Shown: positions 1 through 9,700 of the stretch, piece after piece
How the letters are laid out: each line of letters opens with the position of its first letter
How positions within the stretch are numbered: position 1 is the first letter of the stretch
Assembly (NCBI GenBank): GCA_030167865.1
Contig: JALAGF010004276.1
Span: 50,685-70,684, forward strand
DNA: 20,000 nt
Origin: Craspedostauros australis
Lineage: Eukaryota
Direction: 5' to 3'
Translations under genes and position numbers: made by a program
Notes under the pieces: generated by a model
The model's input: only the letters and a program-made list of their open reading frames with translations
Database searches by the model: none
Told to the model about the DNA's origin: nothing

Positions 1-1326
1 AGTTCCTTGCGGACATTGATAATCTGTAGACACCACTAGCAACATTTTCGCTATCCATTTGGTATAGAATAATAAAAACAACCCATGGATTCCATTTCAT
101 TCATATTATATTATATAATGAATTCTATAATATTTTATACAACGGTATGGCATGCAATACAATACAATGATGCATGATGCCTGGATCCACAACACTGGAA
201 ACTAAGGCGGTATTCGTCAATGCGTTGAGGAGGAGAGTGTAGATCGCAGATCATGGCTCGCAGAGTACGAGCTAGTCTTTCCGTTTCGTTTGGAGAATCG
301 GCGGCAGGATCGCGATTGTGCACATGATTCAATCGAGGTGCTGCGGACAACAACAACTCAAGGCGCCTCTCAGTAATCGCTGGTACGTGTGTCGAAGAGG
401 GGCTCGCGGTGAATTGAAAAACAAACATATTCTATCATTTTCATCATAAAAACACGTTCAATACGCATTTCGTCTTTGTTTATTCCTTTCAACTGTGCAC
501 CAAACGACCAACTCGATTAATCTCCAACGACAACACACAATTTTTTGAATCGGCTGTTTGTGAGGCGGTTGGCGAACAAGAGGCACGAAGTAGTGTCGTG
601 TGTGTTCACAACGAGGTTAGGTGTCTCCTCGGCAACACAAACCTGCATTGCGAAAAGCCACAACAACCTGCCTTGTGCGCATTGCTGGATCCACGATCGA
701 TTGCACCCTCCAGGAGCGACGACTACTGCCACGATCACACAGCCCCTTTCACAAGCTCGTCATCTCCCTTGACTACATTGCGCTGCGCTGTACTCGGAGA
801 ACTCTACTTGGGTCCATCGGTGGAAGAGAGTGCAACCACCAACAGGTCCCGTCGCCATCTCGACCGTGAGTCGTCTCCAACCGCGCAAATCCAACAACAC
901 TTCCATCCGTCGATTGACGTGGTCCTCCTGGAGCACGTTGGTCGCCCTTGTTCACATCCAAGCCTTCAGCTGAGGATACGACAAGACAAAGGTGCTGCTT
1001 CGGTCGCAGCGAGGCCCGCATCAACTGAGCATCAAGGCCATCTCCGTCATCGAAGAAAATCATTTGTTTCGCAGCCAACGGTCCATCCCCATCCAAGAAG
1101 GCTATCCGTAGGGAGGCTAGAACTCAACTACTTTCCAATTCGGGCAGATCAACCAAAGTATATTCCTCCATTCATTACTTGGCAGCCCTGATCGACCACT
1201 GGAAACTCATCGACGCCATCGGTATCGTTGCGAGAATCAGAGACCAAACATCCTTAACGAGGACATCGCATCCGTACCAAACATACGCACTGTGAGTCTG
1301 ATCGACCCGCAGCCTCGGAAGCGATC

Positions 1327-4300
1327 ATGAATCCAAATGGCATTGGTGGAAACCCAGTCGGGGGGAGCTCGAATTATCCACGCACACCTGTGCCTCAAGG
1401 AAACCAGCAGCAACTCCACCAGCAACAACTCCACCAGCAGCCACAACTACAACAGCCACACTTTCAACAACCACACTTTCAACAGCAACTCCACGTGCAA
1501 GCACAACGGCAAGTGCAACTCCAAGGAAGTCCGCCCCTCCAAGTCAATCAGAACACCTTCATTCGCCATCACCAGCAGGCCGTGCAGGCTTCGCCTCCTC
1601 TGATCCAGGTGCAGGCGCAGCCAGCGGTGCATCACGTTCGGCCGCACCCACCGCCTGTGCGTCAGGTTCAACTCCCAGCACCGACACAGTACGTCGCACA
1701 AGTGCCCGCCCAGGTTGGACAGACTGCTGGGGTGAAACGAGGATTGCAACCGACTGTGATCGCCCAACACACGGCAGCACCATCGCAGAAGAAGCTCAAG
1801 CCAGTTCCGATCGCACCAAAACTCATCAAACCACCGCCGCAGGCGCAGCCACTGCCTGAACAACAGACTATCGCGCAAGTACCAGCTCCAGCACACACAC
1901 TGCCTGCCGTCCCCACGCACACCAAACATGCAGCATTAGTTCTACCAACCAATGCTTCACCGGGAGTCGTGTTTGCTGCGCCGGCTGCTGCTGCCGCTGC
2001 TGCTGCTATTCTCAATGCGGCTGGGGCTACTACTGAGACTCCTGCTGTTCCTGTTGGGAAAAAGATCATCGTCCCAGCCAAACCCGTCAAACCCTCAGAT
2101 CCAGACGGGCCCGATGAAATCGTCAGCAAGCACCTCAAGCTGCAGCCACCGCCATCCCTTGCGGCCAAAATTCCATCCCTCAACCCCAACGACATCAAGA
2201 CATTGGAGACCTGCCTCGACATCGGACGCACGGAGAAATGGCGCGACGATTGGATCGGAAACCTTGCATTCTTGGACCAGGACGTGACGAACCCAGACAT
2301 CAAGACCAACACTGGGCCCAAGAGACCGCTTCTCCGCTGGGCGCAGAACACGCGCTCGGGGCTCAAGCTGGTCAACTACCTCATCCGTCACGTGTACCAT
2401 CTCCCAGAGACACCCCAGCAGGCGCGGCATATCCTGGCCAACGCAGATCGCAAATCCATCGACGCCATCCAGAACGCAGTACGGCGCGTTTCATACGACC
2501 CCATCGTCCTGCGACAAGATGGCTGGACCACGCAAAAGACCCTAGGTCCAATCGGATCGTCGGGAGGGCCCTATCGCATCGGTGAGCGCGTGTTTTGGCA
2601 GAACTACGAAGGTGTCGTCATTGCTTACATCCACGACCACGATCTGGGAGATCTGTGGAAGGCCATGTGGTTTGATGAATTTGACACCTTCGACCTGGAG
2701 GCAGAGGAGCTGGAAGATGCCCGCCGGAGATACCTGAAACGCATCGCCCCGGCAGCGCAGAAGCGTGCGTCGGGGAAGGAAGGGAAACGGTCGGCGGCCA
2801 CAAGCCCCGTGCCACCGGATGGACGCAGTCGATCGGCACGATACGCCGCAGCAGCCGACTTCACAGTCAAGGGCATCGAGCATGGAATCGTGATGGCTGT
2901 CTCGTACGCAAGAGGCGCTCGACCTGGCGTCTTCTGGCCCGCACGGATCATGCACGCATCCGAAATGACCTCGCCCCTCAGCAAGCGAGGGACGCAGCGA
3001 CAGAAAGTCGACGTCATCTTCCTCGCGCCGTACTGGAACGGAGCTCACGTCATGTCAGGCAGCAAACGGACCGTTGGGTCGTATCACGACAGCCTCACCA
3101 GAACTGGTGGTTCTATCTTCGACATGGGGCCATTGTTCGCGATGGAGAGCATCGATGTTGGCAATGAGACTCTTCAGGAATACCCCTACGACGGAAGCCG
3201 TGGCCTTGACATCGACCAACTACGGGTTGCGTTCAAGTTCGTCGGCCTGCCAAGCGCTGCGTTCTCTCGCTATGTCGATGCGCATCGTCTGGCTGTGTCC
3301 CTGAAGGAGTACGCGCGAAGTCGACTGTCATCCGACAACGACAAAACAACTGCCGGTCTGTTTGAGGTGCACCCCATGTCCGTCCAGACGGCATTGTTCC
3401 CAGCAGCAGCGCTTCAATTGCCGTTTGAACATATTCTGTCTCAAATGCCAACCACCCCTGGTGCGAACGTGTCGGTATTGGTGGCAGACGGTCACACCAC
3501 GCTCGAACCATCCATCCATCTGGGCCGCATCTTGGATTCCATGAAGCCGCTGGCGGATGGAGACGAGGCAGACGCAGGTGCGACAGGCAAGTCCAATGCA
3601 ACTGCAGCAGCAGTGAGTGCTGTTCACAGAGCACGCTCGGTTCCTGCACCCAATCCTTTGCAACTTGCGGTGCAGAAGCGAACTGAGCCGATCCAGCTGG
3701 ATGAATTCATTCACGACTTGCCGTACATCAAACAGGTGATCAAGACGGAATCCAGTCTCTGCAACATCCTCAAGACGTGCATGGAGTTCTTGCTCGAAAT
3801 TGTGCCAGTCGACAAGGCAGCCGTCCAGTCGATGGATGCCCCGACAAAGCGCCTCAAAGCACAGCAGTTCCTCAAGTCCTGGTCCTTTGCAAAGGTGAGT
3901 GCGAGTTCGTCCTTGTTCCGACGTGCTTTGCATTGGCATATTGATGATGACGGTGGGATTTGTGAGAGCCATGTGATCACTTGTCGATGCACTGTGTTGG
4001 ACGAATTGCACTCTTGTATGGTGGTTTTGGAAAGCTCACTGTTGCCTACTGCATTTCTGTCTGGTCATCTTGTTCGTTCATCTTCTGCTGAAAATGATGC
4101 GTCCTCTGCTGGTCTTTCACCGATCATGACACATCGCAGTCACAAGGCGAAGATGCTGCGGGATCCCTTCTGTCTCCAGGCGGAGACGTCATGTATAGGT
4201 TGGAGTGGAGAAAAGCCTGCGAACGTATATACAAGTATTTCATCGGCCGCATGTCGAGCACTGGGTACGGCAATGGTGTCTCGTTCGTCATCACCGACTC

Positions 4301-5887
4301 TCTGTGCAACCAACATCTCACGTCGGCTGGATGCTTCGAGCGCGCGGTTCGCATTCCGGCCGCCATGAAAGCAGCGAAGACGGTGGGTGCCGGCAACAAG
4401 CCAGGCCTGCGACTTCTGACATCAGTGGACAAGTCTTACCTGGAACTAGCAGAGAAAGAGATCATCATCAAGGCCCACAGCAGATCCTACATCAAGCGCA
4501 TGAAGAATCGATGCATGGCTATTGCGCCAAACCAGGATATCGCCGCTCTCACGGAAGACAGCGACGGCAATGGCGGCGAAGACACAAGTGAGTCACAGTG
4601 TTGGAATCGTGATTGAGCGGTGCGGTGGTTGTTGCTGTAGCTGTTTTGGTTGGTGCTGTCGCAATTGTGGTTGTTGCAACACTGTTTCCTTGCATACCAC
4701 AGACTTGACTTGTTCACTCACTTTGTTTCGACATGGCTAACCGATGAACATCATCCTTTTCGCTTGGTAACTGGCGCAACCATTGCACAACGGTTGATAT
4801 AGAGGGTTCTCGGGGAACATGGATGGCAGCCATCGCGGCAGTTGGTGCGGCGATTCAAGGAGTTGACATGATCATGCGAGGGGAATGCGTGAACGGATTC
4901 TGCATTACCCGTCCTCCGGGCCATCATGCTGGTCGTGAGCTGCACCCGATGAACGCCGTGTCCAATGGATTCTGTGTCCTGAATACGGTCGCCTGCGCCG
5001 CCCTGTACGCAGCATCGGCCGTGTCGGACAACGGGATCGGTCTGCGACGTGTTTGTGTGATCGACATCGACGTGCACCACGGCAACGGAACGCAAGATAT
5101 CTTGGGTTCAACGTACGATCCACGGTTTCTGTACGTCTCCGTGCATTCTGGCGGTCCTCAGGTCAACGGCGTCGACCCTGGAGATGATGGGGATATGCCA
5201 TCGCATCATCTCGGCCGCCAGGGATCCAAGGGAATCTACCCTGGCAGATGCGGCGACACGTCTCCGCATCCCGGAGTGTTGAACATCCCTCTTGGTCCCA
5301 AGGTGACCCCGCATGCGTTGGGAACGGCGTTGATCACCAAGATGAAGCCCACCGTTGAGAAGTTCGCACCGGAGCTCATCATTGTATCGGCTGGTTTCGA
5401 TGCGCACAAGAATGACCCGCTGGGGCTCGGTGGTCTGGCCGCGAAGGATTTCGCGACGCTGACGGAAGTCATCTGCCAGGTTGCTCTCAGGATCTGCGGT
5501 GGACGTGTGCTGAGCGTGTTGGAGGGCGGATACGGAGTCCCGTGCTGCAGACCACCAGAGACTCAATTCCTGCCAGACAACCTGAAGCCGTCCGCCGGAG
5601 GTGGCGGCATGGGTACGTCATCACAAACTGCTGCAGCAGCTGGGACGAGCGGAAAGGCAACTGCAAATGGAAGCTCAGGCGCATCAAGTGCACAGACGGT
5701 GCAGCAGGTGATGCAGCAATTGAAGCCGATCCAGTTGCTTGATCTGGGAGACGAATTGCCGGCGAACATGCCGGATCCAGTGACGTACAATCTGGGGAAA
5801 CGGCTGGAGAAGTGCCATGCAGAGGGGTTCATGCATTGCGTCCAGGAGCATGTGCAGACACTGGGCAAGTGCAATACGCTGTCGTAA
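1327..5887 (+). CDS. Class II-like (Rpd3/Hda1 superfamily) Zn-dependent histone deacetylase with long N-terminal extension (Q/P-rich, Tudor-like and PWWP-like segments); 3 exons, ~1366 aa
   Basis: Exons 1327-3894, 4140-4587 and 4803-5887 join in frame (2568+448+1085=4101 nt) using GT-AG sites AAG|gtgagt...cgcag|TCA and ACAA|gtgagt...atatag|AG. HDAC motifs are all present: H..S...FER..RI and KAHSRSY (exon 2), RPPGHHA (from 4910), NGFC, DIDVHHGNGTQ, SVH, YPG, NIPL, SAGFDAH..DPLG and VLEGGY (Tyr at 5531-5533). The start codon is the first ATG of the long ORF. Confidence 0.9.
3895..4139 (+). other. Spliceosomal intron 1 of the HDAC gene (245 nt, phase 0)
   Basis: gtgagt donor after AAG, T-rich interior and cag acceptor at 4137-4139. 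Splicing joins the long ORF to the frame of ORF 4191-4616. The alternative cag at 4177-4179 is out of frame. Confidence 0.8.
4588..4802 (+). other. Spliceosomal intron 2 of the HDAC gene (215 nt, phase 1)
   Basis: gtgagt donor, CTAAC branch-like motif at 4737-4741 and tag acceptor at 4800-4802. The join gives EDT-K-GSRGTWMAAIAAVGA, as expected for the HDAC 'DT...A..A.G' segment. Confidence 0.85.
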
Positions 5888-6090
5888 CTCAGTGCGTGCA
5901 CGTGAGTATGAGGAAGAGCGTGATTGTGTTGGGAGGAGTACAACTGTACCAGTACGATAGTAATAGCAAATAAAATATTTGCGCATTGGATGCTCTCCTC
6001 GTGCATTGACGCTGGTGTTTGTTTTTGCATGGTGTGTCTTAGCAGCAGTTACATCAATGGTGCGAATCCTACTTGAGTTGTTGTCATGAT

Positions 6091-7107
6091 TCATTGCCCG
6101 CTACTCCTGACGATGTTCTGGACTTCTTTTGGCAGCTCGGACAGGCAGTGGATAGTCGATGTGATGTACTTTTGCGCATGTCTCCTTTTCTCATCACGCT
6201 CCGCAATTTCCTCCGGTGTCGCCGTGGACCAGGAGTAGCCGGTGTTCTGCGCCGCCTCTTCCTTCCCGGCCATCCAAATGGCCTTCGCACCACACTTGGC
6301 GCTGGCCGCCACATCATTGACCAAACAATCCCCAACATGAATCCAGCACAAATCATCCTGATCGTCGTCACCACCGCATGCCCGCAACGCCCGTTCAAAG
6401 ATGTACGCATCCGGTTTGCGCCGCGGTCCGGCATGCGTGCCATCTAGATCGTAGTCATCTTCGCCGCTGATACAGGCATCAAAGTAGTCTGCGATCTTGG
6501 GCATCCGCAACGGCGTGCCGGCACCATTCGTGATGGCCAAAATGGTGGCATTGTGCTGCCGCAATGCCTGCAACATGGGAATGGCGGCATCGAAGACATG
6601 GTCGTTGGCGGCCTCGTTGCGCATGCGTTCCCATTGCGCGTAACATGCGGCGACGCGGTTCGTTTGATCGGGAGGTAGGATGGAACGGATGGTGCGTTCT
6701 CGCAAACCGCGGTAAGTAAGTTTGGTGGGCAAGATTTGGGTGCGGATCGTTTTGGTGCGTTGCAAGTATTCGGTCATTCCGAAGAGCGGGTCGTTGTTGT
6801 TGTTGTTGTTGGTATTGTCGAGCCATGTGGGAGCATGTTGATGCAACTCCTGAAGCAGGACGGCGTTGGCAGCTGCGACGACGGGTTGGATTGGGAAGAG
6901 CGTGTCATCCAGATCGAATGTGACGAGGAGCCTGGGTGATTGTGCTGACGATGATGCATCAGCTGTCATCTGCAGCAGCGTTGCTGGTCGGCATGGAGAC
7001 GAGGCGCATGATGTGGCTGCCTTGGGAAGAGATGGCGTGAATGCCGATGACAAGGAACAGAGCATCATGAGCAGACACTGCGTTCGCGTGCGTGCGGTGG
7101 AGACCAT
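6091..7107 (-). CDS. HAD-superfamily hydrolase (subfamily IA, YigB/NANP-like phosphatase), predicted plastid-targeted; 338 aa, intronless
   Basis: Motif I LLVTFDLDDTLF, motif II ITNG, motif III RKPD and motif IV HVGDCLVND. The N-terminus MVSTARTRTQCLLMMLCSLSSA|FTP has a signal peptide and an ASAFAP-like site, followed by a Ser/Ala-rich, acid-free transit peptide ending LLQM. Substrate cannot be determined from sequence. Confidence 0.9.
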   Translation of the reverse strand: MVSTARTRTQCLLMMLCSLSSAFTPSLPKAATSCASSPCRPATLLQMTADASSSAQSPRLLVTFDLDDTLFPIQPVVAAANAVLLQELHQHAPTWLDNTNNNNNNDPLFGMTEYLQRTKTIRTQILPTKLTYRGLRERTIRSILPPDQTNRVAACYAQWERMRNEAANDHVFDAAIPMLQALRQHNATILAITNGAGTPLRMPKIADYFDACISGEDDYDLDGTHAGPRRKPDAYIFERALRACGGDDDQDDLCWIHVGDCLVNDVAASAKCGAKAIWMAGKEEAAQNTGYSWSTATPEEIAERDEKRRHAQKYITSTIHCLSELPKEVQNIVRSSGQ

Positions 7108-7130
7108 GGTGGAGCAGGGTGCTCTACTCT

Positions 7131-7168
7131 GATGTGATGTGATGTGATGTGATGCGGTGTGGTGTGGT
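7131..7168. repeat. Pentamer microsatellite (GATGT)4-GATG decaying into GGTGT units
   Basis: gatgt gatgt gatgt gatgt gatgc ggtgt ggtgt ggt, starting 24 nt upstream of the HAD start codon. Confidence 0.9.
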
Positions 7169-7306
7169 ACGTGCTATGCTTTGTGGTACAAGGTTGAGGC
7201 CAGCGCTTGCTGCCCTTGGACTGTCACTCTTCCTTCGAGAATGGCATGGAGGATGCTTGCGTACCGTTGGCTCGTTCCAAGTGAGATGAACGAACAATCG
7301 CTGCCG

Positions 7307-7337
7307 TCTCCGCGTTGCTCTCCGCGTTGCTCTCCGC
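7307..7337. repeat. 12-bp tandem repeat (TCTCCGCGTTGC) x2.6
   Basis: tctccgcgttgc tctccgcgttgc tctccgc read directly from the sequence. Confidence 0.85.
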
Positions 7338-7457
7338 CTCGTCGGCATGTCGGTTGGAGTCAGGAAAATGACGAGAGACGTGAGAAAACGTCACGATGCA
7401 CAGAAAGGGAAGGGAATTTGGAATTTCATCTACACCAGCAGGGAACACGGCCATTGA

Positions 7458-7465
7458 TGACGTCA
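7458..7465. promoter_or_regulatory. Palindromic TGACGTCA (CRE/C-box type bZIP site) in a divergent intergenic region
   Basis: Exact palindrome. Further ACGT cores lie at 7378-7381 and 7388-7393 (ACGTCA). Function is not demonstrated. Confidence 0.3.
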
Positions 7466-7877
7466 CGACGGCTCGGAGAATCGATCGAGGCAGCAAAATT
7501 CCTCCGGTTGTTGCGTTTTGTGGTCGTTTTGTTTCGTACTGGCTTTTGCGGTGGTTTTGTCGTGTGTGTTCGCCTTCGTGTGGACTCAACGGTCGTTGTG
7601 TGGGTACAGGTTTGACACAGAATTGCGACAGGCCAGCCAAGGACTGCCAAGAACAGTACAACAAGGAAAAATACCGCGGAAGATTGGTCGCCACAGACAG
7701 AGAGACCTCCCGCCAATGGTCTTGTCAAACAACGAGAGGTGATAGCTGAGCGGGGAACAAGGATCCGCAGAGAGGGAATTGGTATCCATCCGTACTGTGA
7801 CGAACACCTGCGGTGAATGGCAAGGAGGACGATCTTGGGCACCGACGAACTGAGCGATTGATTGATTGAACAAGCGA

Positions 7878-7944
7878 CAAGGAGTAGCAAGGAGTAACAA
7901 GGAGTAGCAAGAAGTGTAACAAGAAGTGTAACAAGAAGTAGCAA
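7878..7944. repeat. Minisatellite of 10-12-bp units CAAG(G/A)AGT(GT)A(G/A) x6
   Basis: caaggagtag caaggagtaa caaggagtag caagaagtgtaa caagaagtgtaa caagaagtag caa. Confidence 0.9.
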
Positions 7945-8262
7945 CATCCGCACTCTCTCTAGAGAAAGAATCAGCAGCAGACGAGAACCATAGCAAGAAA
8001 GAGAGTGCGCCCTCTATTCCTTCTCCGGAGTCCCACAGTCAATAGCAGTACTGCCTTCACTCGCAGCGGCAGCAGCGACAAACAAATCGCGAAGCCGGTT
8101 CGAACTGTGGAGCAAGGCCATTTGTCTCTGGCGCCTCATCAAGTCCGGAGCTCCCTTTGCACAGCAAGGCGAAGCAAAGCAAAGCAACACAGAATACTGC
8201 CCACAGGAGAACTTCCATTAGGACTCTGCTCTATTGGGGATCTATTGGGACTGCGGTCGATC

Positions 8263-9423
8263 ATGAACGGGCTGTCCTTTGGCAACGCGATCGGAGGGGG
8301 TGGTAATGGCGGTAATGGCGGCAATGGAAATAGCGGTGGCTCCAATGCGGGCGCATCAGCTGCGAACGCCTCTTCCAATGGATCCGCTGGTGCTGGAAAT
8401 GATGCCTCTGTGGCCACAACAGCGAGTGCGAACGCGAGTATGAACCTTGCCATGGGTGCAAGCAATGTCACTTCCAGCACAGGCGGCAACGCAGGGGGCA
8501 ACAACAACAGCAGCATTAGCAACAGCATTAGCAACAGCCTCAATCTGAATGGCGGCATGATGAACGCGAGTCTCAATCTGGCCATGGGCAACTTGGATCG
8601 CAGCACCGGCAACGCAACGCCCCGTGGGAATGCCAACACCAACGTCAATGGAAACGCCTGGAATGCCCTGTCTTCCATCTCTCAGCAGCAGCCTCAGCAG
8701 CAACAGCAGCAACAACAACAACAACAACAACAAACGCTCGGCTTCCTCGCCAACAAACGATCCAACTTCGACATCAGCAGGACTTCAGCAGGCTTCGCCA
8801 ATCTCACGCCCCAAACAACGAAGCGCCTCAAGCTCAATTCCGGCGCTGCTGCCAACGGCATCCAGCTCCCCATGCAGATGGGCATGCCGATGCCGACACC
8901 CATGATGGGGGGCAATCCATCGCAGCCCGCCTCCACCTCCATGCACAAATCAAACAACAACAACAATGGCGGCATCTCTCAGCAGATGCTGGAACGTCTC
9001 ATGGGTCTGGGAGGTGGTCTGCCCATGCCCAAGGCATGGAAGCGCGCCATCTCGACGCCCAACACTGCGAATTCTGCTGCCGGTGCTGCATCCAGCAATG
9101 CCTTTCAGCAGAACAAAACGTCAGCCAATGATCCATCGCAACAGCGTTCGGCCGTATCACCGGCCGACTCCGAACTGGCCTCGCAGACGGTGGCCCGCTT
9201 GAAGGGAGGATTCCCCATGCCGTCCACGCAAGATACCACCCAGCAGCCGTCCAACGGCATGGATCACCACCACAATAAGCGCCGCACGCAACCAAAACTC
9301 AAGGCCTTCCAAGAAACGTGGCAACAAGCCAACGATCCCTACCTGCGCAAGGAGCTCCTCTTCCGCCAGCTCCACGGCAGTCGGACCAGAGGCATTCACA
9401 ACAACCGCCACAGCTCAACGTGA
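8263..9423 (+). CDS. Hypothetical low-complexity (G/N/S/Q/M-rich) protein, 386 aa, with a short ordered C-terminal motif
   Basis: The first ATG of ORF 8005-9423 is at 8263 (the track start is a GTG). Codon usage is C-ending like neighbouring genes, trinucleotide repeats are in frame (poly-Q, poly-N), a KRLKL basic patch is present, and the C-terminus reads GGFPMP...PKLKAFQETWQQANDPYLRKELLFRQLH. Confidence 0.75.
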   Translation: MNGLSFGNAIGGGGNGGNGGNGNSGGSNAGASAANASSNGSAGAGNDASVATTASANASMNLAMGASNVTSSTGGNAGGNNNSSISNSISNSLNLNGGMMNASLNLAMGNLDRSTGNATPRGNANTNVNGNAWNALSSISQQQPQQQQQQQQQQQQQTLGFLANKRSNFDISRTSAGFANLTPQTTKRLKLNSGAAANGIQLPMQMGMPMPTPMMGGNPSQPASTSMHKSNNNNNGGISQQMLERLMGLGGGLPMPKAWKRAISTPNTANSAAGAASSNAFQQNKTSANDPSQQRSAVSPADSELASQTVARLKGGFPMPSTQDTTQQPSNGMDHHHNKRRTQPKLKAFQETWQQANDPYLRKELLFRQLHGSRTRGIHNNRHSST

Positions 9424-9700
9424 TTTGTCACGCTTTCGCAGTCGTCACGCATCGTGGACAACATGTGGTGATCACCAAAACCCCACATTCCACGATCGTG
9501 GAGGCAAGTTTTTGCGCGCTCACTGATGTGTGCCACATTCACACGGCCAGCAACAACGACGGCGACATCACGCATCAAACGGATCTTCGCGCAGCATGGC
9601 AGAGCACAGTGAAGCAAACCAAAATCCGACCGACCTCCAAAGGACACAAGATCGTTGTTTCGCTCACTTTGCCTGCCTTTTTGCCACCACCGCTACGGCC

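Noticed and set aside
1-1326. ORFs 135-428 (-), 598-1191 (+), 773-1096 (-) and the AT-rich tract at ~60-140
   Set aside because: No recognisable motifs, several non-ATG starts and no convincing splice model. The AT-rich tract may be a 3' end signal, so a small gene cannot be excluded, but I cannot support one.
3944-4091. Possible intronic C/D snoRNA (ATGATGA at 3944-3950, CTGA at 4088-4091)
   Set aside because: The terminal stem is weak and out of register, there are no clear C'/D' boxes, I recognise no rRNA-complementary guide, and ATGATGA is common in this sequence.
4070-7297. Exact 14-nt inverted match between 4070-4083 and 7284-7297 (agatgaacgaacaa)
   Set aside because: About one such match is expected by chance in 20 kb, and there is no flanking similarity or target-site duplication.
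7878-7944. Repeat array considered as a CRISPR or telomeric repeat (also the CCTAA-containing array at 14523-14615)
   Set aside because: Units are adjacent with no unique spacers, there are no cas genes, the context is eukaryotic, and the period is 5 or 10-12 bp rather than a TTAGGG-type hexamer.
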